Positions 24,225 to 37,229 of a stretch of 64,000 nucleotides of DNA are shown here, piece by piece (the stretch's first letter is position 1; each line of letters starts with the position of its first letter). Position numbers and translations under genes: made by a program. The notes beneath the pieces are model-generated. The model did not search any database. It was not told where the DNA came from and saw only the letters and a program-made list of their open reading frames with translations. The stretch is from Callorhinchus milii (Eukaryota): contig NW_024704742.1 of the NCBI RefSeq assembly GCF_018977255.1, forward strand, positions 122,700,001 through 122,764,000. The letters run 5' to 3'.

Positions 24225-25125
24225 GTTATTTTTTAGAAGGGGAGAGATTGGAATGTGTTAGCATCCAGAGGGACTTGGGTGTCCTTGTACACCAATCACA
24301 GAAAGTTAGTCTGCAGGTGCAGCAGCAAATAGGAAGGCGAATGGTATGTTAGCATTCATTATGAAAGGATTAGAGTATAAGAGTAGGGAAGTCTTGCTGC
24401 AACTGTATAGGGCCCTGGTGAGACCACACCTGGAATACTGTGTCCAGTTTTGGTCTCCTCATTTAAGGAAGGATGTACTTGCCTTGGAGGGGGTGCAGCG
24501 GGAAATTTACTAGGTTAGTGCCAGGGATGAAGGGGTTGAGTTACGAGGATACGCTGACCAATTTGGGCCTATATTCTCTAGAATATAGAAGAATTAGAGG
24601 GCATCTTATAGAAACCTATAAGATCATCAAAGGGCATGATAGAGTAGATAGTGGGAGATTGTTTCCCTTGGTTGGAGAAACTAAAACCAGGGGTCACAAC
24701 CTTAAAATCAGAGGCAGCCCTTTCACACTGAGTTGAAGAAGAGCTTCTTCACTCAAAGGGTGGTGAATGTATGGAATTCACTACCCCAAAGGGCTGTTGA
24801 CGCTCAGTCCTTGAACATATTACGTCCTTGAAAGTAAGTCCTTGAACAAATATACAGTCAATTCACTTTACAGTATATTCTGTGAAGCGCTTTGGGACAT
24901 CTAGAAGACGTGAAAAGCGCTATATCAAAATGCAAAGATTATTATTATTATATTCAAGACTGAGATAGATAGATTTCTTATTGCAAAAGGGATTAAGGGA
25001 TATGGGGATAAGGCAGGGTCAGGTTATTAGCTGGAGTTAGATTAGAAGATCAGCCATGATTGAATGGCGGGACAGGCTCGAAGGGCTGAATGGCCTACTC
25101 TTGCTCCTACATGTTATGTTATGTT
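24225..25125 (+). mobile_element. CR1 LINE 3' fragment with a SINE fragment nested at about 24847-24950
   Basis: RDLGVLVH, LYRALVRPHLEYCVQFWSP, KTRGHNLKI, 3' UTR gggctgaatggcctactc. Confidence 0.93.
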
Positions 25126-25677
25126 TGCTGCTGGAGGCCAGCTGTCACAATTTACATGGAAAAACATGTGATGCACTTGAGTTTTTTCAAAGTAATAAAG
25201 AACGGTATAAAAAGCCAATATTATTATAGATATACATGTACACTCCAGACCAGCAATCAGGAACCAGACCCTCTTCCATACCCCCAGAGGGATTGAATGT
25301 TTCCAAATAGACCACTCAGTGGTCAAAAAGCAGGTGCAAAAATATAATATATAATCAATAAACAATTTCATTTAAAACAACAATGTAAATGTTCATAAGG
25401 CCTCATCAGATTTCAGAGATTTTTGGTGAGACATTGATTACATGTATACCCCAGACAAAGGGTTTTTCTCTGTGTGTGGAAAAGGAACAATGGGGATTGC
25501 TTTAAATTGAAGGAACCAGTTACTTGAAGGTTGCAATTTATCCTCTTATTCTGCATTTAGTCCATGCAGCGCTCCAAGACTCTATCCTGCCTGAAGGGTG
25601 CTATATAAATGCAAGTTGTTGTTCCATATAGTTCATGCATAAACTGATGAAATGATACAATATGTTTTGACACTTAC

Positions 25678-25763
25678 CTCCAGTGTCTAAGAATAAATCG
25701 TGCACCACTGCTCCCAAATCAGAAGTTTAATAGTTTCCCTACTTTTTAATGGCATTGTCATAA
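25678..25763 (-). other. Candidate non-coding exon (86 nt)
   Basis: Long polypyrimidine tract ending ctacaaacag and a consensus GAG|gtaagt donor on the minus strand; stops in all three frames. Confidence 0.3.
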
Positions 25764-26867
25764 CTGTTTGTAGAAATAAGTACAGAGAAAAAAAAGGAAG
25801 AAATAATACAGTTTATTCAGAAAATATCTGATAAAGAAATGGCAGCCACTGCCTTGCTTGCAAAATATATTATTCTTGCAAATCCCCACCAGCTCCACAG
25901 CTCAAATTGTATCCGGATGTAGATATCAAAAGGATATTGTACCTTTACAATAGCTTATTCATGACTTCACTTTAAGCAAATCAAGCTAAAAAGGCTGTTT
26001 CTCATTCCTAGATTACTGTAAACTGTTCCCTGCTCCAGTAGAGTGATTGACTGCTTCCTATGTAAGCAACCTGTGTGGCATAAAGGATCTTTTTGTCCTG
26101 CTAATACTGAGAAAAAAAGAGGAACTTTTTGACTATAATTCACTACACAATGTACACAGTGTTTATATTCTGGTCTTACATTTTTTATTCGCTCTATATA
26201 TTAGATTATATATATTAGAATGCATTCTCATCTTTAAACTGTGTAGAAATATTGTCATCTGTAGCTATTATCCCAGTACTATCCCAGGACAATAACCCTT
26301 AAATGGTTACAGATATACTTTTTAAAATTAACAACTCCTGGGATTTCTTTGGGAAATTCTAATGGCAGTGAAACGTTGTGGCTGAGTGCCATGTGACGCT
26401 ATTTAGAAATGTACTGTTTTATGTTAATAAAAAGTGATGATTGGAAACTTTTCCTTTTTCACAAAGACACAACTGAATGAAGTACAGTATATCACATTGA
26501 AGTGCATCACTGTGTCACTTGTGCGTAACATTATCAGAGGGAAAATAGCGCACGTTCCTGCTTCCTCTCGAGCACATTCACAATAACATGCTCACTTTCA
26601 CTATGACCATGTTTATCGTAAGACAAACTATTTTCATGACCTTAGCTGTTTCTTAAAAAAAATTCGAACAATGCTATTCCTGGCAGATTTACACTTGAGA
26701 CGAAGGGGTCAAAATTATTTCTTAAAAAATTAGTCTGGAAGAACTACTTTTTTCCTTAGGGAATGCGATCAGCTATATTTTGGGAAACTTGTAGGAAATT
26801 TTCATGGGAATGTGTAGTGTATTTACCCAAAGGATTTGTAAGAAAAGAACAACGAATGTGACGTATT

Positions 26868-27696
26868 GGAGTCCTGTAGCTCAGTTGTTAGAGCTCTCGC
26901 CTCACAAGCGAGAGGATCTGGGTTCAATTCCCCGGCAGGATGAAACGTTGGGCACGTTTCCTTACTCCACACGCCTCTGTTTACCTAGCAGTAAGTAGGA
27001 ATCTGGTTGTTAGTCGATAGGTGGTTCGCTTTTCCTCCGCAACGTTGCTCGGCTCCGTCACTATCTCACACCGCAGGCCGCCAAGACCGTCATATACGTA
27101 TTCATAACATCCATTACATAGGGGATACAGTTCAAGATCCAGGTCCTCACTTTCAAAGCCCTCTTTGGCCTTGCTCCTGCAACCTTGTAACTACTTATCA
27201 ACCTGCCTGCTCCCTCTACTCAGTGAGTTTCGGCCTGCTTCACATCCCCGCCCCACCATTAGCAGTCGGACCTTCAGCCACTCTGTCCCCACCCTCTGGA
27301 ACTCCATCCCACAGTCCCTCTGCTCACCTCCTTCAAGTCCCGTCTCAAGACCTTCCTCTTCGATCATGCTTTCGGTCACCTTCCATCCTCCCCGACCCCG
27401 ACCCGCAGGTCGGGTCCGAAACACTGATTGTCCAACATCTTGGGACATCCTCCAGACGTGAAAGGCACTATAAAAATGTAATTTTGTTGTTGTAATAATT
27501 CCTTCAAAATAAATAAAAAGAATTTGGTCACTCAATCCATGACTGTTTGTGGGACACTGCTTTGTGCAATGGGCTGCCGTGTTTCACCCACAAAATATAC
27601 AGTCAATTCACTTTACAATATATTTTGTGAAGTGCTTTGAGATGTCTCAAAGACGTGATAAGGCGCTATATCAAATTCAAGGATTATTATTATTAT
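26868..27696 (+). mobile_element. tRNA-derived SINE, long form, split by L2
   Basis: Head and extra ~65-nt segment at 26868-27033; resumes at about 27494 with taataattccttcaaa. Confidence 0.9.
27034..27493 (+). mobile_element. L2 fragment with an internal deletion
   Basis: LRNVARLRHYLTPQAAKT jumps to IQFKI; type A tail. Confidence 0.85.
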
Positions 27697-28294
27697 ATGT
27701 ACCGATTATATTATTATACAATCAGCTGGCTGATTAAGATACTTGGTGACAGCCTGGCTGAGTTGGAGTACTCTTGCCTGCGAGTCAGAAGGCTGGGGGT
27801 TCAAGCTCTATATCGGCTATCAAAATAGGCAAAGTCTCGAGTTAACATACAAAGGATGGCATACAGCGCTTCCTAAAGGACTGCAATGAGTGACAACGAT
27901 GAGCTCACAGCCTGGTGTGGGGATCGAACCCACAATAACCATAAGAAAGAAGAGCTATGGTCAGAGTAACTTCCCTTGAAACCATACCAAAGGTCACAAA
28001 TTTTGTGCGAGAAAGCACCAAGCGTCATGTTAGTGGAGATTCCAAGATGCAGAAGATGTTGGAAATCCCTGATCTTAAGAGAAACAATGTGAAAGCCAAA
28101 TTCTGCTGTGTGTACACATGCCTGGGGAAAAATTCCCCCTGAGTTTAGATTTACTCTCTCGATATAGCATTTCAGAGTGTCCAGTGTTCGGCAAATTTCT
28201 GAATTCAATCTTACAACAACAACAACAACAAGATTCCATTTATAAAGCGCCTTTCACGTCAGGAGGACGTCCCAACGTTGAAGTCAGTTTCCAA

Positions 28295-28640
28295 TAATAA
28301 CCCTTGTATTTAATATAGTGCATATTATGTTGATGAGAAGTCTCAAAGCGCTTCACAAGATTTACTGTGAAGTGTAACGACTGTATATATTTGAAGGTGA
28401 ATATGGCAGCCAATTTGCACACACCAATTTCCAAGAAACAGCCATGAGGTGAATAACCAATTTTATCTGGGGGATTGTTGGACAGAACAATGCAAGAAAT
28501 TCCCTTCTCTTTCCGAATATTGCGTGGAGGCATTCAACATTCCAGCTCAACAGGCAGACGGGACCTTGGCTTAATGTCTCATCCAAAGAACGATCCTTAC
28601 GGAAAATCAATGCTCAGCACAGCACTGAACTGAACTGCCA
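28295..28640 (-). mobile_element. Older Deu-domain SINE
   Basis: Reverse tail, body and core (caggcagacgggaccttggcttaatgtctcatcc). Confidence 0.8.
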
Positions 28641-29204
28641 AGTTCTAAAAAAACATTAAAACAGTTTCAGAATGAAGGCTTTATTTTAAGAATTAAATAA
28701 TGTGGAAAATGTTACTTTGTAGAGTAAATCTCAACCGGTGGGGAATTTATGTCCAGTAGTTATGGAATTCATTTTATTATACAGTAGTATACTCTGTCCC
28801 GAAACAAAGGACAGGAAAGGCTTAAGAATGTTCTTTCATCAGACAGAAGTTTACAGCCAGTCTGAACACATTTTAACACATTTTAATATGTCTAAGAACA
28901 GAAAGTTGCTTGTACTGGAATAGGCTACTGTAAGAATATTAAACACTGATGAAGTAAACCAGAGTGAGCACATTGGTATTCTATTCCCTCTGGTCCACAA
29001 CAACATTCGCCTCCAAATCTCTGTCTTCCAGAACACAACTTAAATCTAAAATACAAACAAAGCTGCAGAACGACATGAGACACATGCATTGCAATGGTGT
29101 GTATTGAAGCTGACACTGTCATAAAGTGTGAGCTTTATTATAAACCTTGTTAACTTAATCCAGGCATCACTCATCAGTGTATGCATTGAATCCTGTTTCG
29201 TACA

Positions 29205-29466
29205 GGAGTCCTGTAGCTCAGTGGTTAGAGCACTCGCCTTGCAAGCGAGAGACCTGGGTTCGATTCCCGGCAGGGCGAAAACTTGGGCAAGTTTCCTTAC
29301 TCCACACGCCTAATAATAATCCCTAAAGAAAAAAAAGCAATAATGAATTGGTCACTTCAATCCACGACTGTTTATGGGATACTGCTGTGCGCAACTGGCT
29401 GCCATGTTTCGCCCACAAATATACAGTCGACTCTGCGGTATATTCTGTGAAGCGCTTTGAGATGTC
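29205..29466 (+). mobile_element. tRNA-derived SINE, short form, tail missing
   Basis: Head and body intact; ends at gcgctttgagatgtc. Confidence 0.9.
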
Positions 29467-29597
29467 ATCTCAGCCATCTGTATACAGAATCATTGAAACA
29501 ATAGAATATTGTTATTTCTCAAAATTTCCTTGTTTATTTGTTCCAAAAAACAATTTTGTTTCATGTCATTCCTATAATCCATTTATTTTCTGACAAA

Positions 29598-30210
29598 ACC
29601 TCACCCCAAAAGCTGCTAAAACACTTGTCCATGTCTTTGTCACCTCTCAGCTGGACTATTCTAACGCTTTCCTCGTCGGTCTCCCCTCCTCCACTATTCA
29701 CAAAATTCAGCTCATTCAAAACTCCGCCGCCTGCATTCTCACCCGCACCAAACTTCGTACCCCAGTTACTCCAGTCCTTGCCAAACTCCACTGGCTCCCT
29801 GTCACAGAGTAGATCAACTTCAAGATCCTCACTCTAGAGTTTAAATCCCTCTATTAATTGCACCCCCTTCCCCCCCCACCCCACCATCTCTCTGACCTCC
29901 TCTTTCCCCACAGCAGTACCCGCTGCTTCTGCTCTATGGGTCCAGCCTCCTCGGCGTCCCCCGAATCCTTCACCATCGGCGGCCATGCCTTCAGCCATTG
30001 ATTGCACTCCAAAACTTTGGAACTCCCTCCCTCAACCTCTTCACCTCGGCCCCTCCTTCCCCAACTTCACGTCATGTCTGAAGACCTTCCTTTTCGACTG
30101 TGCCTACGGTTACCTTCCCTCTCCCCCTGGCTTGGCCTCGGGCTCCCCCATTGTTAAGCGCTCTGAGATGCTGCCCAGCGTGGAGGGCTCTATATAAATA
30201 CAAGTTGTTG
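29598..30210 (+). mobile_element. L2 3' fragment (type B tail)
   Basis: LVHVFVTSQLDYSNAFLVG, LHWLP, CLKTFLFD; ends gagggctctatataaatacaagttgttg. Confidence 0.88.
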
Positions 30211-30831
30211 CAAGTTAAATGTGTGGCACAATTATTAAAAAGTAATATGTCGTCATAACAGCTTGCGGTCCCGTTTTGATTCCCTTCCTTTCCATACTTG
30301 GTGTTACTTCTCTATTACCAAATCACACAAACTGTACTAAAATCACACTCTTGCCCACAAATCCAATGATGAGCATTGTGACCCTTGTATTACAGCAAAC
30401 AAACCAACAGGGTTTCAACATCCGAGAATACATACTGACTGCGCTGTTTCCCAGTAATCAATATAGTTCTGTGATGTCTCAATTGATAATCTTTCAAGTG
30501 TGAGATACCCTTAAGTTTGGAGATCATCAGGCATCAACACATGGAGCATGTCACAAATCCACGGATGGCGAACAAACAGGTAATAAAACAACCTCCAGAT
30601 ACTCCACTGTTTACATTAATAGAAATTAGTGCAGAGCAGCGATTACTGGAATCTAGTCCAGAAGTTCAAATGATTGTTGTAAAACACGAGCTTTGCTCTC
30701 AACAATCACGGTAACCCATCACTGTAATTACTGCTGTCTATTCATTTACCTCTATGAAATAATTACTTGCTAAAGAATATGCAAGAAACCAATTACAAAT
30801 CATTTTTGATAAACTTAACAAAATATGCAAA

Positions 30832-31178
30832 ACAGACTGATATGCCTTACAGATTCACATACAACACTGACTAACATAGGACACTGACTTACATACAGCA
30901 CTGTCTCACATACAACAACAACAACAAGATTACATTTGTATAGCGTCTTTCAAGTTGGGAGGATGTCCCAAGACGCTGGACAGAGTACAGCATTTCAGAC
31001 TCGAACTGGGGTCGGGGAGGTGGAATTCCAGAGGTTGGAGGCAGAGTGGCTGAAGGCTCTCCCGCCAATGGTGGGGCGGGTGGTTCGGAATGTCAAGACA
31101 CATTCACATACAACATGATTCACATACGATACAGATTCACATACAACATAGACTCACGTTCAGACATGTCACACTTCA
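30832..31178 (+). repeat. Degenerate ~17-nt minisatellite (acagattcacatacaac) interrupted by an L2 fragment at about 30913-31088 (-)
   Basis: Unit copies lie on both sides of the L2 piece. Confidence 0.7.
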
Positions 31179-31210
31179 GAGAGCGAGGCTTGAAGAGGTT
31201 AGGGGATAAG

Positions 31211-31336
31211 GCCACAAATATACGTTCGCCCACAAATATACAGTCAATTCACTTTACAGTGTGTTCTGTGAAGCGCTTTGGGACGTCCTCCCGACGTGAA
31301 AAGCGCTATATCAAATGCAAGGATTATTATTATTAT
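31211..31336 (+). mobile_element. Young SINE 3' fragment inside a CR1 3' UTR relic
   Basis: ataaggc duplicated at both ends. Confidence 0.88.
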
Positions 31337-32099
31337 AAGGCGGACCCTGGGTCAGTAGTGATCTCTTTGCTCTGTGAGACAATGCGGGTTTGATGGACTG
31401 AATGGCCTCTTTCTGCACTGGAGATTTCTATGTTTCTACGTCTCTACACAAACTCATACTGCATAACATATTTCCCTCCAGCCTTTAACATTTACCTAAT
31501 ATGCCATACACCTCACATTTTTTGGCACTACTTTGAAAGCTACTATTATAAAGCACAACATAATTGCAAATAAATTTGTTCTTTTGTCATTAATGAATGA
31601 ATGAATTGGGGTTCATTCAATTGCACTGCCCAAAATTCTTAAAAGTAACCAAAGTAAATAGATTAATAAAGAAATTACAAGAGAGGTTTTCGTTGAAGAA
31701 AGCACTTTAACCCATTTAGTCTCATATCAATTGTGCCATCATCCAACAATAACATCAATCTGTTTTCTCTAAAGAGTCAAGTGTCCCAGCCTCAGTGGCC
31801 CTAGAGCGGTTGAATATTCTCTTATGTAAGAAAATCGTTCCTGATATCTACCCTGATATTGCCCTTCACAATCTTGAATCCATGCTCTCTTAACCTGCTG
31901 CTTTGGTGTATCGGATGGGTCAAATCACCTTTTATCATAGATTCAGTCAGAAGAGTTGGAAAAGAAGAAAGTAATTGTGTTTCATAGCATTTTAAGACAT
32001 TAAAATATCTGAAAAGAGCGTTACAGTAATATTTGTCAGGTATGATCATTTTTTGTAGGCAGCCATTTAGCCTGAAGGGAGTTAATACAGTAATATACT

Positions 32100-32410
32100 G
32101 GAGTCCTGTAGCTCAGTGGTTAGAGTACTTGCCTCACAAGTGAGAGACCTGGGTTCGATTCCCGGCAGGGCGAAACCTTGGGCAAGTTTTCTTATTCCAC
32201 ACACCTGATAATAATCCCTCAAGAAAAAAAACACAATAATAATTTTGTTCGCTCAATCCACAAGTGTTTGCGGGACACTGCTGTGCGCAATTGGCTGCTG
32301 CGTTTTGCCCACAAATATACAGTCAATTCACTTGACAGTATATTCTGTGAAGCGCTTTGAGAGGTCTCAAAGACATGAAAAAATGCCATATCAAATAGAA
32401 GGATCATTTA
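32100..32410 (+). mobile_element. tRNA-derived SINE, short form
   Basis: Full head, body and tail. Confidence 0.92.
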
Positions 32411-32623
32411 TATTTTGTTAATAATATTAATAATTCTCACATTTGATATAGCACCTTTCACTTCAGATGGACGTCTCAGAGCACTTCACAGGATTTACTG
32501 TAAAGTGTAGTGACTGTGTGTTTTGTAGGCAAATGCCATGACAAAAAGTCAATTTATCTGGAGATGGTCAGTACCAGAAGTAACTCCCTTCTCTTTTTAA
32601 ATAATATAAGATCTTTAACATTA

Positions 32624-33350
32624 CAACAACAACAAGATTACATTTGTATAGCGCCTTTCATGTCAGGAGGAGTCCCAAGGCGCTGGACAGAGAACAGCAT
32701 TTCAGACCCGAGCTGGGGTCATGGGGGGAGAAGGGAGAGGAAGCGAAGGGGGGTGACCGATGGCATGGTCGAAAAGGAAGGTCTTGAGGCGGGACTTGAA
32801 GGAGGCTAAGGAGGGGGCGAGGCGGAGTGACTGGGGGATGGAATTCCAGAGGTTGGGGGCAGAGTGGCTGAAGGCTCTCCCGCCAATGGTGGGGCGGGTG
32901 AGTGGGGGGACGTGGAACAGACCAGAGCCGGCTGAGCGGAGGGAACGGGCGGGTTTGTAGGAGATCACAGAGGTAGGGTGGGGAGAGGCCATGGAGGGCT
33001 TTGTAGGTGAGGACCAGGATCTTGAATTAGATCCTCTGAAGGATAGGGAGCAAATGGAGTCGGGCGAGAGTGGGGGAGATGGGGTCACGGAGTTTGGTGT
33101 GGGAGAGGACATGGGCTGCAGAGTTCTGGATTCTCTGCAGCCTGTGGAGGGAGGAGTTGGGAAGGCCGACAAGCAGGGCATTTGCATAGTCGAGCCTGGA
33201 GGTGATGAAGGTAGGAATAAGACTTTCAGCGGCCTGAGGGGTGAGGTGGTGGTGGAGATGGGCGCTGTTACGGAGGTGAGGGAAGGCAGAGCGGGTCATG
33301 GCTTGAATGTAGGGGAGAAAAGACAGTTGACGGTCGAACAAGACACCTAG
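32624..33350 (-). mobile_element. L2 3' fragment (type A) inside an old Deu SINE (about 32430-33550)
   Basis: FDRQLSFLPYI...SRLDYANALLVGLP; FKSRLKTFLFD. Confidence 0.93.
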
Positions 33351-34109
33351 CCTGAAGATTAGCCTGAAGATCAGGCAATCAGCAGCTCAGTGTAATGTCT
33401 CATCCGAAGCGCAGCACTTCTGACAATTAACATTCCCCTAAATATTACCTGAAGCATCAACCTGAAAACGGATCTCAAATACTGACATGGAGCTTGAACC
33501 GACAACCTTCAGGCCCAAAGGTGAGAGTGCTACCAGCTGAGCCAGGCTGTCACACAACAGGAACATCCTGTCCCAGAGAAACACACAACAGCCACCAAAC
33601 CAACACGAGCAAAGCCAAGGCTACAGGTAACAGTCAAATGAGCAATCAACTTATTGAGTGCAACAGCAGACCAAGGAGAAGTGTTTATCGATTGGCTCTG
33701 AATTAGCACAGTCCCACTGTGTGAGAGGAAACCAAATGTCCAATGTGTTATCAGCAATGTTTCCATTTAATTATTCACGCTGAGCATCTAGGCTATTAAT
33801 GAGTTAGCTGACAACTGTTCCCGAATGTCACGCAATTTTCTGGATGGCCCCTTAGTAAGGACTGTAGATCACATTAATCTTTCCTTTCTAATCAGAAAGG
33901 AGGTCAGTGGGACTTGACATTGTTGTCAGATTAATTGTACAGCACTTATAACCACATTCAGCATCATGAGAGCAGTCAACTCAGACTGATAAAGCTGTGA
34001 TCTCTGGTCTGGAATATTTTCTGCATGCTTTCTACATTTCAATAGGATTTATTTGGAAAGCAACTGCAGCGTGAGCTGTGACCTGGATTTCCATTTTTGG
34101 CAAAACATA

Positions 34110-34550
34110 AAGAACTTGCATTTTTACAGTATCTACTCACTTCAAAATGTCTCAAAGGACTTCTTAAGTAATTGCTGCCATGACTGTTTATTGTAGGCAA
34201 ACACAATGGCCATTTGCACCACTACCACCAACAACAACAACCTAGCGTTTATATAGCCCCCTTCACGCATACAGTCTCAGAGCACAAACAGCCACAAGGC
34301 GAGTGACCAAATAATTTGGACAAAACTCCCTTTCTCAAATAATGTCATGGGATCTTTAACTTTCACCTGAAAAAAGACAGACGGGACTTTGGTTTAATGT
34401 CATATCCAAAAGATGGCACCTCTGACATTGCAAGCCTCCCTCAGTATTGATCTGCAGGGTCAGCCTGGACTGAGCTTAAGTCTCGATGTGGGGCTTGAAC
34501 CCACAATCTCCTGACCCAGAAGCAAGACTGCCATCTACTGAGCCTAACTG
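34110..34550 (-). mobile_element. Older Deu-domain SINE
   Basis: Reverse core and head (ggggcttgaacccacaatc...ctgagcc). Confidence 0.75.
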
Positions 34551-34939
34551 ACAAATACTGGGTTTGTCCTTTGTGATGTGGCAGTACCTCTGTTTCACAT
34601 TGAATTCTTTGAGACATAAGTGCCGTAACAGGAGAGAGGCACTGGTTTCGTTTCACACAATTGTTTCCCATTATGTTGTGTATGGGATGAGGAAGGGGCT
34701 GGTCAGGATTTCCTGTTTCTACATTTTCTCAGGTCTGTAAGACATGGGCTGCTGACAGGGTAAGAGCAAAGCACTCTCATTGTTGACATGTTTCTTCACA
34801 GACATTAGCAAAAAGTGACACTCACTTCAGTAATGATCTGACCAATCTTAGGTTTACAGCGCAAGTGTGTATGAAAAGTCAGTGAAAGAGTTTTATTTTT
34901 TCTTTACTTTTCTTCCCCACCCCCTCCTTTCCTTTTCCT

Positions 34940-35300
34940 GAAAGCATTTCATTCTATTTTATTCCTGTTCTGAGGTATGGTTTCCACTGGTCACAATCCA
35001 GGATCTCACCCAAGTAGTTATTCTGCACCTGTGAATCTTGACAGTGAGCATTGGCAGGCTACTGAACAACCTGGGTATTGTAGCAAAGTCTAATTCTGCT
35101 CTCACCCAATATCCCCACACAAGCACAGGGTTTCTGAATAGTAGAAAGCCTGACAATTACTCCTCTCTCTGTCTCAGAGCCACTCAGGCCAATTGTTGAA
35201 CATTACTGACTGACCTGCCTGCTCAGCAAAGAGCGTGATTCAAACACCCAACCTGTGGGGCTTAGTACTGCACTAGATGGTGCCTTTCCCTACTAGGCCT
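34940..35300 (-). mobile_element. Ancient SINE-like relic of a different family
   Basis: Shares sequence with 36830-37010 in the opposite orientation; tRNA-like end (gattcaaac...ggcttagtactgcactagatggtgc). Confidence 0.45.
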
Positions 35301-36060
35301 TTGGCTTCGCTACTAGTTTTTAAGGTGTTTTCTCTCCGTCCCTTTAGTTGGATATCACCATACTACTTCTGACTTCCCCCTGTGAAAGAATCCCTGCTCT
35401 GTTCTTGGTGCCAACTCTGACTGAGATTGGAAACTCCCACAAAATCACAAGAGAGGTTCTGATGGGAAATCTCTTCAATCCATTTGATCTCAGGCTTCCA
35501 GGAAACCAACCCTACCATCTCCCATAACTGGATCACATTGTTTGTTAAGAGTGCACTATTAAATATAGAAGTTAATGTGTTGAAGTAAGAATAATTCTTG
35601 CAGTTAATATAACGCTTTATAACGTCATCGAGAAGTCTCAAAGTGTTTTGTAGGATTTTGCTATGAGGTGCGGTGATTGTGTATTTGTAGGCAAACATGG
35701 CAATCATGGCAAACAATTTTCATGTGGCAATGTCCAACAAACAGCCAATAAGTGGATTTGAGGGTCAGCCGAGACTATGTGAGTTCAAAGTCCCGAAGTG
35801 AGGCATCAACCACAACATCTACCTCAGAGGCAAGAGTACTATCAATTGAACTAGGTGGACCGTGTAGTGCTACTCGATTGAGAAAGCAAGATAAGAATAC
35901 AACAGCTGCTATTTCACAGGATGTAATGTGAGTTGTAGTGACTGTAGGCAAACACAGCAGACCATTTGGGCACAACAATGTTATACAAACAGCTTGGAGA
36001 GAATCAGCCTTGGATTGTCAGCCAGGACACTGGGAGAAACTCCCTTCTCTTTCCAAATAG

Positions 36061-36420
36061 TAATGATAATAATAATCCTTGCATTTGATATAGCGCTGTA
36101 TCACATCAAAGTGATTCACAGAATATACTGTAAAGTCAACTGACTGTATATTTTGTGGGTGAAACGTGGCAGCCAATTGCACACAGCAGTGACCTCATAC
36201 AGTCATGAATTGAAGTGATCAATTTATTATTTTTTTTGAAGGAATTATTATCCTCGGAAAAGCGATCCGCCAATCAACTAACAACCGTGTTCCTACTTAC
36301 TGCTAGGTAAACAGAGGCGTGTGGAGTAAGGCAACTTGCCCAACATTTTGCCCTGCCGGGAATCAAACTCAGGTCTCTCGATTGCGAGGCGAGTGCTCTA
36401 ACCACTGAGCTACAGGACTC
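36061..36420 (-). mobile_element. tRNA-derived SINE, long form, nested in an old Deu SINE
   Basis: Carries the extra segment (ttcctacttactgctaggtaaacagagg). Confidence 0.9.
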
Positions 36421-37229
36421 TTTAGAGTGAATCTAGGGAATTGTTGGCCAGGACATCAGGAGAAACTCTCCTCTCTTTCCAAATAGTGCATTGGGATCTT
36501 TAACATCCACTTGAACAGGCAGACGGGAACTTGGTTTAATGTCTGATCCAAAGCATGGCATCTCATGTGGGGTTCAATCAATTATATGAGGGAAAAAAAA
36601 CCTTCACTTTTGAACAGTGTGAATAGTTCCTTAAAATTACACCTGAGCAGACCGAGATTTTTCTATTTTCGAACAATTAATTGAAATGCTGTGGCAAATG
36701 CTTACTCTTTTCAGTCACTGAATTTGCTAAGTTTGCAGTTCGGTATCATTACACATAATGATTACTGTGGGAAAGAAAGCATTGGAGGAAATGGGTTGAA
36801 CAGAACTTTCCCTGTGACTGAATAGACTGCCAACACTCACTCTAGGCTCACAAACGAAGGATGACCTCTTGGGTGAGATATCAGAGAGTTGCATTTACCC
36901 ATGGAACCATATCCCAGCAAGAATCAGCACCATTAGAAGAGATTAGCTAACTCATCACATTGAACCGTATCTTTTTCTGGTCTGTATGGCTCAGCTGCTC
37001 ACTGGATAAACTTGCAGAACACAGGCTGCAACCTACCTGCAGGGTTCCGATGACATAAAAAACACAATTTACGTTTTATTTAAATTTGTTTCAATCGCAA
37101 GATTTCACACTCTAAACTATAGTTTACTTTTTTCATATTTATTACGGATCGTCCTCTTTTTCACGTTTGAATGTTCCTGTTAAAATTTGTGTCATTTGTA
37201 ACCATCACATTTTTCCGTTTTCTGCTTTG

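Noticed and set aside
30499..30579. 81-nt phase 0-0 exon candidate
   Set aside because: Weak AAG acceptor and no recognisable peptide
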